From assembly GCF_004010195.1 (NCBI RefSeq), contig NC_057752.1, positions 62,001-97,651 on the forward strand: DNA of 35,651 bases, read 5' to 3'. The notes under the pieces are model-generated. The model searched no databases and had not been told where the DNA came from. It saw only the letters and a list, made by a program, of their open reading frames with translations. This stretch comes from Chiloscyllium plagiosum (lineage: Eukaryota). This document shows, piece after piece, positions 13,345-24,311 of the stretch (its first letter is position 1; each line of letters starts with the position of its first letter). The translations under genes were made by a program, and so were the position numbers.

Positions 13345-13941
13345 TCACACACCACCACATGCTGCCCTTGAAGCAAATGTGGTACAGAAGAGTGTGTTTA
13401 TCACCTCCTTCAGATACATGCCTTTGCAAAGGAGGTCTGGAAGGAGATGTAGTATTTTTTCAAGGCTTGAGCAGTTCAAGAGTGCAGGACTATATGCTCT
13501 ATGGGCTATTCCCAGGTGGGGACACAGTGACAAACATCAACTATTGATGGAGGATCACTACCTCGGTTGAACATGTTCTTTGGTCTGCCCAAGGCTCACC
13601 ATTTTTCCAATGCAAAGAATGTTGAGTGTGCAGACTGGCACGTTTCAAGATCCAGGATTGTGCTGAGAGATGCACTAAAGCTTGGGGGTAACTGTCAAAA
13701 GACACAGTGTGAAAAGACCATATCGCAGGCTATTCAGTCAGTCGACTGAGGAGCCAATACCTTTGTTGAACCTTTCAAGCTGTATGCTTGACACTGAACG
13801 TGTACAGTAAATACCATAACTAATGCAATAGTATGGAGGGATCTCAGAGTAAAAGAAAACACTATGGAGAAAGAAAAACGAACATTATTGCATTGTGAGG
13901 TCCAATTTGAAATGTACTTTTTAAATATATTTTTGAAAAAA
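13345..13941 (+). mobile_element. Tx1/L1-clade LINE 3' fragment
   Basis: LYGLFPG..TNIN...LWS-like remnants and an aaatatattttt-A-run 3' end. Confidence 0.55.
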
Positions 13942-14042
13942 GAAATTAGGTTCAAAACCCATAGCAATGTAGTTTCTACTCAACTGTATTCAAGACAGCA
14001 GCTCACCACCACTTTCTCAAGGATAATTAGAGATAGACAATA

Positions 14043-14260
14043 CAGGTCATTCTGCCATAGTGCGCATTTCATTAATGCAAATTCGCTGTAACGCAATTGA
14101 CGAGTTGGGGACACTGTTTCCAAAGCACAAGTTTTTTTAAGTGTGTTGGCTGTAACATGATTACATCGCCAACATTTTAAATGCAGTTTCTAAAGCATCA
14201 TTTTTCTGTAATGTGAGGTTGAAGAAGAATGCAACTGTCGTGTTATAGAAGAACTACCTG
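14043..14260 (+). mobile_element. Tc1/mariner-type MITE (copy 1)
   Basis: TIRs caggtcattctgccata / tatagaagaactacctg; TA on the left flank; homologous to 26650-26850. Confidence 0.8.
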
Positions 14261-14422
14261 CAAATATTGGTCTCACTGGTGACACACCACATCCCATGAA
14301 TGAACAAAAAAGGTGAGCACAGGTACAGTTTTCCTAATATTACTGAAGAGAAGAATTTGAACTGAGCCACAAACAAGTTCATCAAATCATGCTGGAAGAA
14401 AATGGATAAGAAAATAACCTAC

Positions 14423-14496
14423 CATTCTGTTGGGTTATTTTCTTTCATTTTCATTGCTTCCAAATCTTCCTTTCTCATCTTGTTGTGTAATTCATA
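14423..14496 (-). CDS. PAN2: PAN2 internal exon (divergent loop)
   Basis: gacag|TAT...TG|gtaggt; 74 nt, YELHNKMRKEDLEAMKMKENNPTE(W); its phases (0 then 2) bridge the neighbouring exons exactly. Confidence 0.85.
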
Positions 14497-15004
14497 CTGT
14501 CACAAAACAAAGCAGGATCACTAACACTTTAGGCAAAGAACTGTACGCAAACTGACCCATCATCAATATTTTCCTCTCCTGAAATGTTGACACGTGCGGA
14601 GTACTGTATTTAATAGGCCATTATTCATATGCCCCTATAGTTAGCATGTTACTTAGGCATGGAAAGCATCTTAACCAAACCCTACGCTGTTTGTACTCAA
14701 CAGCCACCTACCGACACGCTTGAAGGACATTCCAGTAGGGTTCAATCCCATTCTTACCTGATAGCCATTCACACGTAGTTTAGCTTAGTGATCCAGAATG
14801 GGACCTTAGTTAATGGTATCTGTGAGCTAGGGTAGCAGAGATAAAATTTAGTACCCCTACTGCTACCTGGCTAGGACAAATTAATTTAGTACCTACCAGA
14901 TCAAATCTAAAACCTTCCTGATCTATACAATGCAGCTCAGGTTCATTGCTAAAGGTAAGATATATTGGACTAGGAATGGTTATGGTATAGAATCGATAGA
15001 ATGA

Positions 15005-15560
15005 CATTAGTGCTCAAAGGGTTAAATAATGAGAGCAAGTTACTTCATCTGACCTTATAATTACTTGCTACACCGATTGCGTCTCTACCTCTGAGCAAGG
15101 AGGACTGGGTTTAAGTCCTACCTGCTCAGAGGTATGTCATAACATCTCTGAACAGGCTGATTAAAATACATCCATAATTAGAGTATAGAAGGTTGAGCAA
15201 TGATCTAATAAAGACATTTAAAATCAAGAGATTTGATACAATAAGTACTCCCAGATAAATTATTTCCGCTGAAGAGCTATACGGTACTCAAAATGTTAAC
15301 TGTTTCTCTCTCCACAGATGCTGCCAGACCTGCTGAGCTTCTCTAGCATTGCCATGTTTGTTTCAGATTTATAACATCTGCAGTATTTTGCTTTTATATA
15401 AATTATTTCCTTTCCTGAAGTAACCTAGAACAAGGGGGACATTATCTTCAAATACAGCCAGGCTGTTTAGCCACGAAATAAAGAAGAATTTTATTGCACA
15501 AAAGATAGCAAAAATACATAGCTTGCTTCCCAAGATGCTGGATACTGGGACCGTTGAAAT
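15005..15560 (+). mobile_element. degenerate CR1 fragment carrying two small insertions
   Basis: agaaggttgagcaatgatctaata...ctagaacaaggggga CR1 3' remnants. Confidence 0.6.
15064..15173 (+). mobile_element. short tRNA-derived element, monomer
   Basis: B-box-like ggtttaagtcc; flanked by a direct repeat ataatta at 15057-15063 and 15174-15180. Confidence 0.65.
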
Positions 15561-15926
15561 AATATAGCATATACAGCACAGAAACAGGCCATTCAACACA
15601 ACCAGTCTATGCCATTACTTTTGCTACACTTAAGCTTCCTTAAATCTTTCATCATCTAAATCTACCATGGTAACTATCTGTTCCTAGGTGGCTCATATGC
15701 TTGCCTAGGTTCCCCTTAAATGCACTCCCAATGGTAGTAAATTCCTCATTCTTACTACACTCATGGTGAAGACATTTCCACTGATTTCACTGTTGGATCT
15801 CTTACATTTTGCACCAATAGGTATAGATTAGCCATGATCTAACTGAATGGATCAAGGGGTTTTAGAGGTTATATTGTCTATGACTATTCCTATTTAACAA
15901 GTTATAAGATAATGTGTGTTCAGGGT

Positions 15927-16765
15927 GGGTCCTCTTGGTGGTGCAGTTGTAGTTGCCTGCCCTTGGACCAGGAGGCCCAGTTTCAACTCCTACCTGCTCC
16001 AGAGGTGTGTAATAACATCCCTGAACAGGCTGATTAGAAAAACTGGGTTAAATTTTTTAAAATAAGTTATGTTCAGGGAAGACACTTGTATTGCAGTGGC
16101 AATGTCCCTACCTCTGAGCTAGGAGGCCTGGTTTCAAGTCCCACCTGTTCCAGAGATGCGTGATACATATCTAAATCAGTTGGTTACAAAAAGTGAGGTC
16201 TTGTGCTGCAGTGGTAGTGTCCTTGCTTCTGGGCCCAGATTCAAGTTCCACCTTCTTTATAGGTCAGAGTCATAGAGATGTACAACAAAGAAACAGACCC
16301 TTCGGTCCATGCCGACCAGATATCCCAACCTAATCTAGTCCCACCTGCCAGCACCCAGCCCGTTTCCCTCCTTGTAATAACTCATTTAAACATGTTGATA
16401 AAAACAATCTAAGATATGTTCAGAAGGCCCAGGTTCAAGTACGACCTGCCCCAGAGGAATGCTATTACATTGCTGAACAGATTGATCAGAAAATATCCAA
16501 TATATATCCAGGTTGGGCTGTGTTCCATAATAGTCGTGCCCCTACCTCTGAGCTGGAAGTCCCAGGTTCAAGTCCCAACTGCTCCAGTGATGGGTAGTAA
16601 CATCTGTGAACAGGCTGTTCAAAAAATATCTAAGGTATGTCTACGACAGAGTTCTTGTGATGCCGTGGTGGTGTCTCTAAGCCAAAAGGTTTGGGATCAT
16701 GTCCGACGTGCTCCAAAGGCATGTCATAGCATCTCTGAACAGGTTGTTTATAAAATATGTAAAAT
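15927..16765 (+). repeat. head-to-tail array of six diverged tRNA-derived ~110 bp units
   Basis: recurring gtggtgcagtggtagtgtccctacctctgag...ggttcaagtcccacctgctccagagg...aacatctctgaacaggttgatt.aaaa. Confidence 0.8.
16265..16372 (-). mobile_element. CR1 3' tail inserted in array unit 3
   Basis: reverse complement resembles the tail at 31980-32090 (gtcggcatgga...gggtctgtttc...ctctatgactct). Confidence 0.75.
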
Positions 16766-17519
16766 ATCTCCAGTCCTTATAACATCAAAAGATAACTACA
16801 TAATTTATTCTGATAATACAAGGTCTATATGCCAGGAACAGGTATTATATATGTGAATGATCACGACTGAAACGAACCTAGCACCTCACAGAATTATCAT
16901 TCTTGGATTCAGGATAGCAGCAACACACTGTTTAAGGTATACTGTCGCAAGTTAGACCTATAAAACACAAAGCTAATGGATGATGTCAATAAAAATTTAG
17001 GATGGGATGTGGGGAAAAAGTAACAGCCAAAGTAAAATTTCAGCAACTAAATTGATAAATAATGCATTGCTTTGGGCCAGTCATCAATATGGCGTAAGTA
17101 TTAAAAGAAATTCCCTCGCTTTTCAACGAGAGCATGCAATATTGATTAGTTTTATTGATTTATTGCCCTTTTGGATGGAAATGTCAAAAAGATTACTTTA
17201 TTTTGCTCAGCTTTCCTTTGCCTTCCCTTGACACAGACATTCAGTATACTGCTTTGAATCTGGCGAGTCGGAGATTCAACACAGTAGCCTAGAAATGAGC
17301 CATTCTTCTTTTCTTCCTTTTCTTGTGGAAGAGTGCTGGCCTTTGTTCAGAAATTTACCATAGCATCACATTTCATTCTAACAGGAAAGCTGCTAGAATG
17401 TCACTAGCCATTGAAGAGGTGCTCCAAACTTGCCAGTAGTGACATTCTCTTCAATCAGAGATGACAATGTTGGAGTCATGCCCTTTCCTCATCACCAAAG
17501 TCTGCACAACTTAAGTACT

Positions 17520-17612
17520 ACATTACAATCGTGACTACACTTCACTAAGTATTTCATTAGTTGTAAAACACTTTGGACACCATAAAGCAAGGTACTATAT
17601 AAATGCAGAATA
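17520..17612 (+). mobile_element. SINE 3' tail remnant (Deu-SINE-like)
   Basis: gtgactacacttca..agtatttcatt.gttgtaaa..actttgg...ctatataaatgca. Confidence 0.5.
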
Positions 17613-17781
17613 TTATTTTTGTATTACTTTTTCAATTTTTGTTTTGTTAAATTTCAGAAACTCCTTAAAAGAGAGAACACAATATCCTAATCTGAAAAAG
17701 TAGGAAGTAAACACAAAGATTTTAGGACAGGTTTAAAGTATGATATTTTGAAGTGACAACAATTAATTCCTCTTTACACAC

Positions 17782-17880
17782 CTCAGCTTGGCATTTCCAG
17801 AATTCAGCTTCCTTTCTGCTGTTCACTTCACAGTTAATAACAAGAACATCAGGTAAGCATCGAATATTCCTGGTTTGAAC
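17782..17880 (-). CDS. PAN2: PAN2 internal exon
   Basis: tccag|GTT...GAG|gtgtgt; 99 nt, VQTRNIRCLPDVLVINCEVNSRKEAEFWKCQAE. Confidence 0.94.
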
Positions 17881-18577
17881 CTGGAACAATATACAATATC
17901 CAATCAACATAAACTTTCATTCAGTTCTGATGAAAGGTCAACCAGCTAAACGTAAACTCGGATATTCTCTCCACAGGTGCTGCCAGAACTGCTGAATAAT
18001 TTCAGAATTTTCTGTTTGTATTTCTGGAAATGCAATAGGTTGACTTGTAACAATGCACAATACTTTTTGCGATAATGCCACAAATGTATACAATAGTTTT
18101 GACTTGGTTGAAAGACCCCAGAAACATCCCAAGCATCTGACCATACACTATAGCCCGTTACTTCAGAGCATTGCTAGCAATTAAGACATTGCTTATTTTT
18201 ATAAATTTTTGGAACCAATTGTTATTTTCTGTAATGTTCCTGCTATATTTAAATATAAAATGTTTAAAAAGTGGATGTCTTGACAAGTTGTAAACTGAAG
18301 TAATTAATCAAGCAATGTGGACTTTCAAGAGTTAGAGAATCTTTATTCCCTCTCAAAGCTGAATGTACATAGCTTTGTTTTAATTCCTATAATAGGAATC
18401 CAATTTAAATGCACCAAAATCTTTCCATTAGCTATATTATCAAGAAGTCCACATTTCTTGTACTTGGAATTCAACCCAAATGACACATTTTCACGAGCTG
18501 CACTGCAAGCAGTGGAACAGGCAAATCAGTTCAACGTTTTACACAAAAGGATGACACCTCTGACAACAGAACACATC

Positions 18578-18774
18578 GGAGGAGAAAGTGAGGACTGCAG
18601 ATGCTGGAGACCAGAGTTGAAAAATGTGGTGCTGGAAAAACACAGCAGGCCAGGCAGCATCCGAGGAGCAGGAGAATCGACATTTCGGGCATAAGCCCTT
18701 CTTCAGGAAAGGCTTATGCCCGAAACGTCGATTCTCCTGCTCCTCGGATGCTGCCTGGCCTGCTGTGTTTTTCC
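18578..18774. mobile_element. short fold-back PLE-terminus insertion (copy A)
   Basis: inverted arms meeting at ~18709; imperfect target duplication acagaacacatc / acaaaacatatc. Confidence 0.85.
18677..18709 (-). ncRNA. minimal hammerhead motif (PAN2 sense strand)
   Basis: uuc CUGAAGA a gggc-uuau-gccc GAAA ug UC ga. Confidence 0.7.
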
Positions 18775-19500
18775 ACAAAACATATCCACAAAAGTAAACT
18801 TGAAGTAAAAACAGAAATTTCTGGACAGCAGGTCTGGCAGCATCCATGGGAAAAAAAAGTGCAGTTAACATTTTGCACCCACTGACTCTTTGTCAGAACT
18901 GTTAGCAAGTAGGGAAAGGTGGTATTGATGCTGAAGCCGAAGTTATGGTGGCAGGGACGGAAGAGGCGAGCAGATAGGTGGAGTGGAACCCAGGGAAAGA
19001 GAGATAGATATGAAAGGAGTAGGTAAAGAAGGAGATTATGGATAGCAGGCCAGGACAGACAATAAAGCTGAATAAGTGATAATAAGAGAAAGTGAGTGAG
19101 CTCTGCTGAATACAATCATATAATATGATAACGGGCCTAGGAGTACACAAGGAGGGTGACTTGTAGCACAGTGACATAATCTCATAACAGAACCAGGTAT
19201 TGGGTGGGTAAAATCATAGGAAGATAGATTCAGGCTCTGAAGCCATTGAACTTGATGTTGAGACCTAGAGGCTGCAAGATCCCCAAACGGAAAATGAGAT
19301 GTTGTTCTTTGAGCTTGCACTGAGGCTCCCTGTAATACTGCAGCAAGCCTGTAACATAGATACTAACCAGGGAACGTGGTGGGCAACTGGAAACTCAGGG
19401 TCATTTGTGTGGAAAAATGTAGGTGTTCTGCAAAGCGGTAACCCAGTCTGCGTCTCGTTTCCCCAATGTAGAGAGACTACACTGTGAACAGAGAATACAG

Positions 19501-19706
19501 AGCTGGAAATGTGTTGCTGGAAAAGCGCAGCAGGTCAGGCAGCATCCAGGGAACAGGAGAATCGACGTTTCGGGCATAAGCCCTTCTTCAGGAATCATGT
19601 CCGAAACATCGATTCTCCTGTTCCCTGGATGCTGCCTGACTTGCTGCGCTTTTCCAGCAACACATTTCCAGCTCTGATCTCCAGCATCTGCAGACCTCAC
19701 TTTCTC
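19501..19706. mobile_element. short fold-back PLE-terminus insertion (copy B)
   Basis: perfect 14-bp target duplication aacagagaatacag at 19487-19500 and 19707-19720; inverted arms. Confidence 0.92.
19561..19595 (-). ncRNA. intact minimal type I hammerhead motif (PAN2 sense strand)
   Basis: auuc CUGAAGA a gggc-uuau-gccc GAAA cg UC gau; all core nucleotides, 4-bp stem II, palindromic ACGU; stem I only ~2 bp. Confidence 0.8.
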
Positions 19707-20732
19707 AACAGAGAATACAGTAAACTAGATTGAATGTGAAGTACAGGCAAATCCTGGAAGGTATGTGTGGGACCAAGGAGAGGGGAGGTAAATGGGCAAC
19801 TATTACACCTTTGTGATTGCATGGGAAGGTACTGTGGGGTGGGTGAGTGAGGAGATGTTGGGAACAGGGAGGAGTGAATCAGATTGTCCCAAAGGGAACA
19901 GTCCGTGTGAAAAGCTGATGAAGGAAGGAAAGGGAATGTGTGTCCGGTCATGGCATCTCATTAAAGGAGACAGAAATGAAGCTTACAATCCTTTGGACGA
20001 GAAGGCTGGTGGGGTAGTAAGCGAGGACCAGGGGATCCTATCACTATTGTGGGAGGGAAGGGAAGGGGTGAGAGCAGAAGTGTGGGAGATGTGTAGACCT
20101 GTCAACCAAAGTAGCAAGGAATCCTCAGTTAATGAAAAAGGTGGACATTTCTGAGGATCCCTGTGGAAAATGGCATCGTCAGAACAGATGCAATAGAGAT
20201 GGAGAAATTGGGAGAACGGGATAGAGTTCTTAGAGGAAGCAGGGCGTGAGGATGTCTAGTCCAGATAACTTGGTGGCCAACCCAACCCCAGAAATGGAAA
20301 CAGAGATGTCAAGGAAGGGAAGGGAGCAGTCGGAGATGGACTAGGTGAAGGTGAGAGCAGGATGGAAATTGGAAGTGAAATTGATAAATTTTTCCATTTA
20401 GGAATGAGAAAGGGAAGCGGTACCTGATGATGTCATTAGTGTACCAGGAAGAGCTGGGAGGAGGGACCAGAGTAGGACTGAAACAAACAATGTTCCACGT
20501 ACCTCACAACACAGACAGGCATTACTGGGGTCCATGCAGGTACAAATGTCCACAGCTTTGACATGAAGAAAATGAGAGGAGTTAAAGAAGAGTCCCAAAG
20601 TGAGGATGAGCTCAGCCAGGCAGAGAAGAGTGGTGGTAGATGGGGATGATTCAGGCCTTCTTCCCAGGAAGAAGTGGACAGCCCTTAGACCATCTGAGGG
20701 GGTAGAGGGATTACACATCCATTGTGATGATA

Positions 20733-20950
20733 CTAGGAGAAAGTGAAGGCTGCAGATGCCGGAGATCAGAGTCAAAAGGCGTGGTGCTGGAAAAGCACAG
20801 CCCGTCAAGCAGCATCTAAGGAGGAGAGTTGATATTTCGAGTTAATGCTCTTCACATTCCTGATGAAAGAACTTAGGCTTGAAACGTCGACTTTCCTGCT
20901 CCTTGGTTGCTGCCTGACCGGCTGTGCTTTTCCAGCACCACACTTTTTGA
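20733..20950. mobile_element. short fold-back PLE-terminus insertion (copy C)
   Basis: 13-bp target duplication cattgtgatgata at 20720-20732 and 20951-20963; + strand CTGATGA...GAAACGTC at 20860-20888 with a damaged stem II. Confidence 0.9.
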
Positions 20951-20953
20951 CAT

Positions 20954-21593
20954 TGTGATGATAAAGCTCCTTTAAGGTTGTGCTGTACTTGGATTTTTTT
21001 CAAAAGTGTTTTACGACACAGCTTCCGGTTTGTCTGGCTTGACCTACTTGAAGAAGCTTTTAAGTATTAAAAAAAAACTTGTACAATATAGGGGTGTGGC
21101 CAGTTCTCCCAGCTCAGTGTTTCTCTGGTTTGATTCAGTTCTGGATTTTAGCAGTCTGACCGTTCAGAGCAAGCAGTCAGTTTTGAGGCTGCTGGTCAAA
21201 GAAACAGCTACATGGAAGAAGGTGTTCCATGCTGAATCTCTCTGCTATCTCTCAGTGTGTGACACCGCTCCTGTAAGACCCTGTGTTTGATTTTACCTTT
21301 TGTGCCAAGGGGTGTTTATGGGCATTGTTGCAGGTATTAGGAACAGCATCATTAAGTTGGGATAGTCTGTTTAGTTTTTGGATAGGTCAAGTTATTTTAT
21401 ATTCTGTTCTCTTTTGTTCACGCTTTATTCAGTAATCTTGTAAATAAATTCTGTTTTGTTTAAAAGTAAGTGGTAGGGCCAGTTGCAGCCCTCCTGGAAT
21501 ATCCACATTACACCTGCTTAAAACAACTAGCAAAATTAGGGTCCAGGCTACTTTGTTGAAATGTTTTGAGGGGGCCTGGCCTGGTCCATAACA
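20954..21593 (+). mobile_element. solo LTR (Gypsy-like, 4-bp target duplication)
   Basis: TGTGAT...ATAACA termini; ccat at 20719-20722 and 21594-21597; AATAAA at 21443; the host PLE RT motif rejoins across it. Confidence 0.8.
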
Positions 21594-22959
21594 CCATGCT
21601 GAAGAGGAGGTGACTGCTGCCCGCAAACTGGAAATTTTGAAATTGACGGAAAGTGTCAGAAGAATCACAGATGTAACTGGAGAGGGTCTAGATAAGGGGA
21701 GAAGAAAAAAAAAGAGTCAAGGTAAAAGAAATAAACTGTGGGGCAGGAACAACGGGTGTGCCCAGGCAATCCTGCCTGTGGATTGTGGGAGAAGGTAGAA
21801 GCCGGCTGTATGGGCTTGGAGGAATATGAGCTGGGAGGCTGTCATGGGGAGATCCCAGATGAGATTAGGTTGGTGATAGTTGTGGAGATAGTGGTCTAAT
21901 GCTCAATGGTGGGATTATGGTCCAGGGGAAGATAGGAGGAGAACGCCTATGTTCTGTCCGCAAAAATGAGCCTGAACTTCCAGTTGCCTGCAACTTTGAC
22001 ACACCACAAACGTTCCCAGGCAAACATTTCTGTTGCAGGCCTGCTGCAGTGTTCCAGAAAGTGTCAGTGTCAGCTTGGAGAACAAAATCTCATTTTATGC
22101 TAGAGGACCCTGCAGCTTTTAGGACTCAAGTGGAGAGAGTCATTCTATCCTCGCATAATTTTTACCTACCTCATAGCCAGTCCTGTTATGACCTGGGCTG
22201 CAGTCACCCACTCATTACTGTAATAATGTGCCGAGCAGTATGATAGGTTGCATTCAGTACAGCTCATCCCTTTTCTCTTAGCTCTTATTATCACTTCATC
22301 AGCTTTTCTTCTGCCCTGGCCTGCTATCCATAATCTGCTTGTTCACCTACCTTTCATATCTCTCTTTTTCTGAGCTCCATCTCCATCTACCACCTTTTCC
22401 AAGCTGCTAACAGTTTTAAGAGTCACTGGAAGCAAAATGTTAACTCTGCTTTTCTCCCCCACAGATGTTGCCTGACCTGCTGAGTTGTTCCAGCAATTTC
22501 TGATTTTGTTTCAGATCTCCAGCAATTGCTGTTGTTTGTTTTACTAAACTTAAGTGTCAGCTAAGATAGGTGGCATATGATCCATGAGGTTAGATTGCTG
22601 TTTTTAGCTTTGTGTTTTTTTAAAATATTGACTTAAAAATTGAACTTTTATAAGTCTGATGGTGAGTGAGCTATACCAAGATTCTTGTGACAGGACATCA
22701 GCACAATACATCATAAAAGTTCTAGAGGGAAAATGCTCACTCAGTAGTTAACTGAAAATGTAACCTTGTATTGTCAACTCACCAAAAGTAAAAGTTATAG
22801 AAGTTAAAGACTGTATCATAATGCATGCTTCACAGGACAATTTGTTGCAGGAAAGTTTTGAATATTTCCACAGTCATGAGTTGCAAGCACAATAACCAAT
22901 TACTGCAGACTCTATGCAAGAAATGCTACAGCATTGCGTGGAAATATATTTTAAAAAAT

Positions 22960-23395
22960 CATTTTTATATAGTGAGCATTTAGGATCTGGAACACATTGT
23001 ATGAGAGTGTGGTGAAGGCAGATTCAATTGAGGTAACCAAGAGAAAAATGGTCCAACATATAATGAGTCATGTATAGAAGGAGGCAATTTTGTCTGCTGT
23101 GTCTGAGCTGGCCCTCGAAAGAAGAAATTCACCAAGTGCTACTACCTTGTATTTTCCCCATAGCCCTGGAAATCTTTCCTCAATTTGGGCTTCACTGAAA
23201 TATGAAATCAAGTATCTGGATTTAGATGCCAAACTGCTTACCATTACACCATGGAACACATGGCTGTAAAGGAAGGACATTCAGGGATACAGGAAGGCAA
23301 CAGGAGATTGACACAAGGTGACTTGCTTCGGAAGATTAGTACAGACAGAACAGGCCAAATGGCTTTCTTTTGTGGTGTAACCATTCTATGATTTT
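22960..23395 (+). mobile_element. CR1 3' remnants (interrupted)
   Basis: gatctggaac...gtggtgaaggcagattcaattgagg and ggccaaatggc...ccattctatgatt tail. Confidence 0.55.
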
Positions 23396-23863
23396 ATATA
23401 CAATATTATTTCATTATGCAAACACAGTACAGTTAATATATTCTAAACGTAACTAGACAAACCCCTCAAAGTTTCTTTGATGTTTTTAAACCATGGCCTG
23501 TTCCGGTTCATCAAGTTACTCTCTTCCAATTTGATCCAGTATTCCTTTCACATCATACATTACATCAGGTCATGGTATAATTTTCATTTACTACGCAGCT
23601 CCTGATGAATAAACCAAGACTTCACGAGCTGCAAATTTCCCTCAGTCCAAATGTTGTACACTAGAAGTTAAATGCTTTCAGACGCAGTCCAGATGCACAC
23701 TTTCTCATTAGTTTTCTTTCAATCAACTACACACCATAAAACTTCCCTTCATACACATTTGAATACAATGAAATAATTTGTTCACAACACCTACTTGCCT
23801 TGCTACTTTTAACTCCCCTCTATTTAGCTTCCTATTAAAAGAATTAAATACAAATATACTAAC

Positions 23864-23970
23864 CGTAGGTTGGTATTTCTCACAGTTTTCACACCAGGCC
23901 TGGGTGTTCTGTTCAAGACAAATACTTCTCTTCAGCACTTCAGCAAACTCATACTGTCGAATACTTTTGT
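23864..23970 (-). CDS. PAN2: PAN2 internal exon
   Basis: tttag|AC...ACG|gttagt; 107 nt, (D)KSIRQYEFAEVLKRSICLEQNTQAWCENCEKYQPT. Confidence 0.95.
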
Positions 23971-24311
23971 CTAAAGTCAAAAACGCATTTTATGGATATA
24001 TTCAGTAAAAGATTGAGGTCAATCGATTTGTAATTTTTCAAACAGCTCTGAATTAACAGTACAGACAAAGCAGATATTTCTCCTCTCACAATATCAACTC
24101 CTGCTCATTGTAAATTTTGCTTTTTTTGTTTACAACAGATAATTTTCTGTTTCCATCTTGTTCAAAATCTTATTTCTGATATTTGAATTTTTAGGAAGTG
24201 GGAAAACATAGGAATAACTTCTGTTTCAAACGGAGTGATTCGATTGGTGCTTTTTAAACTGATCATTGGTAGGTTCTTCCAACTAGTCCTTCAATATTGG
24301 TTATCTACACG

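Larger units (their letters stand above)
13095..14311 (+). mobile_element. SINE split by a Tx1/L1-like fragment and a MITE
   Basis: SINE head and core at 13095-13340; tail at 13990-14040 and 14261-14311 ending catcccatgaatgaac-A-run. Confidence 0.6.
18801..22543 (-). mobile_element. large degenerate Penelope-like element (Neptune-like) with inverted terminal arm and nested insertions
   Basis: minus strand: RT remnants (LFSMDV*SLY; MDPSNACL) and GIY-YIG (C..CS.C..LYIGETRRRLG.RFAEH; LIFRLGILQPLGLN); 21941-22543 is a + strand copy of 18801-19430. Confidence 0.85.

Noticed and set aside
15927..16765. CRISPR array or true tRNA gene cluster
   Set aside because: Eukaryotic intron, long diverged units, no cas genes, and no unit folds into a convincing cloverleaf.
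18317..19733. Short ORFs sharing LEKHSRPGSIRGAGESTFRA or WKCVAGKAQQVRQHPG peptides
   Set aside because: Translations of the non-coding fold-back arms; they recur on both strands because of the palindrome.
23595..23632. Small hairpin containing CTGATGA (hammerhead or SECIS?)
   Set aside because: No stem II/GAAA, no SECIS geometry, and antisense to the gene.
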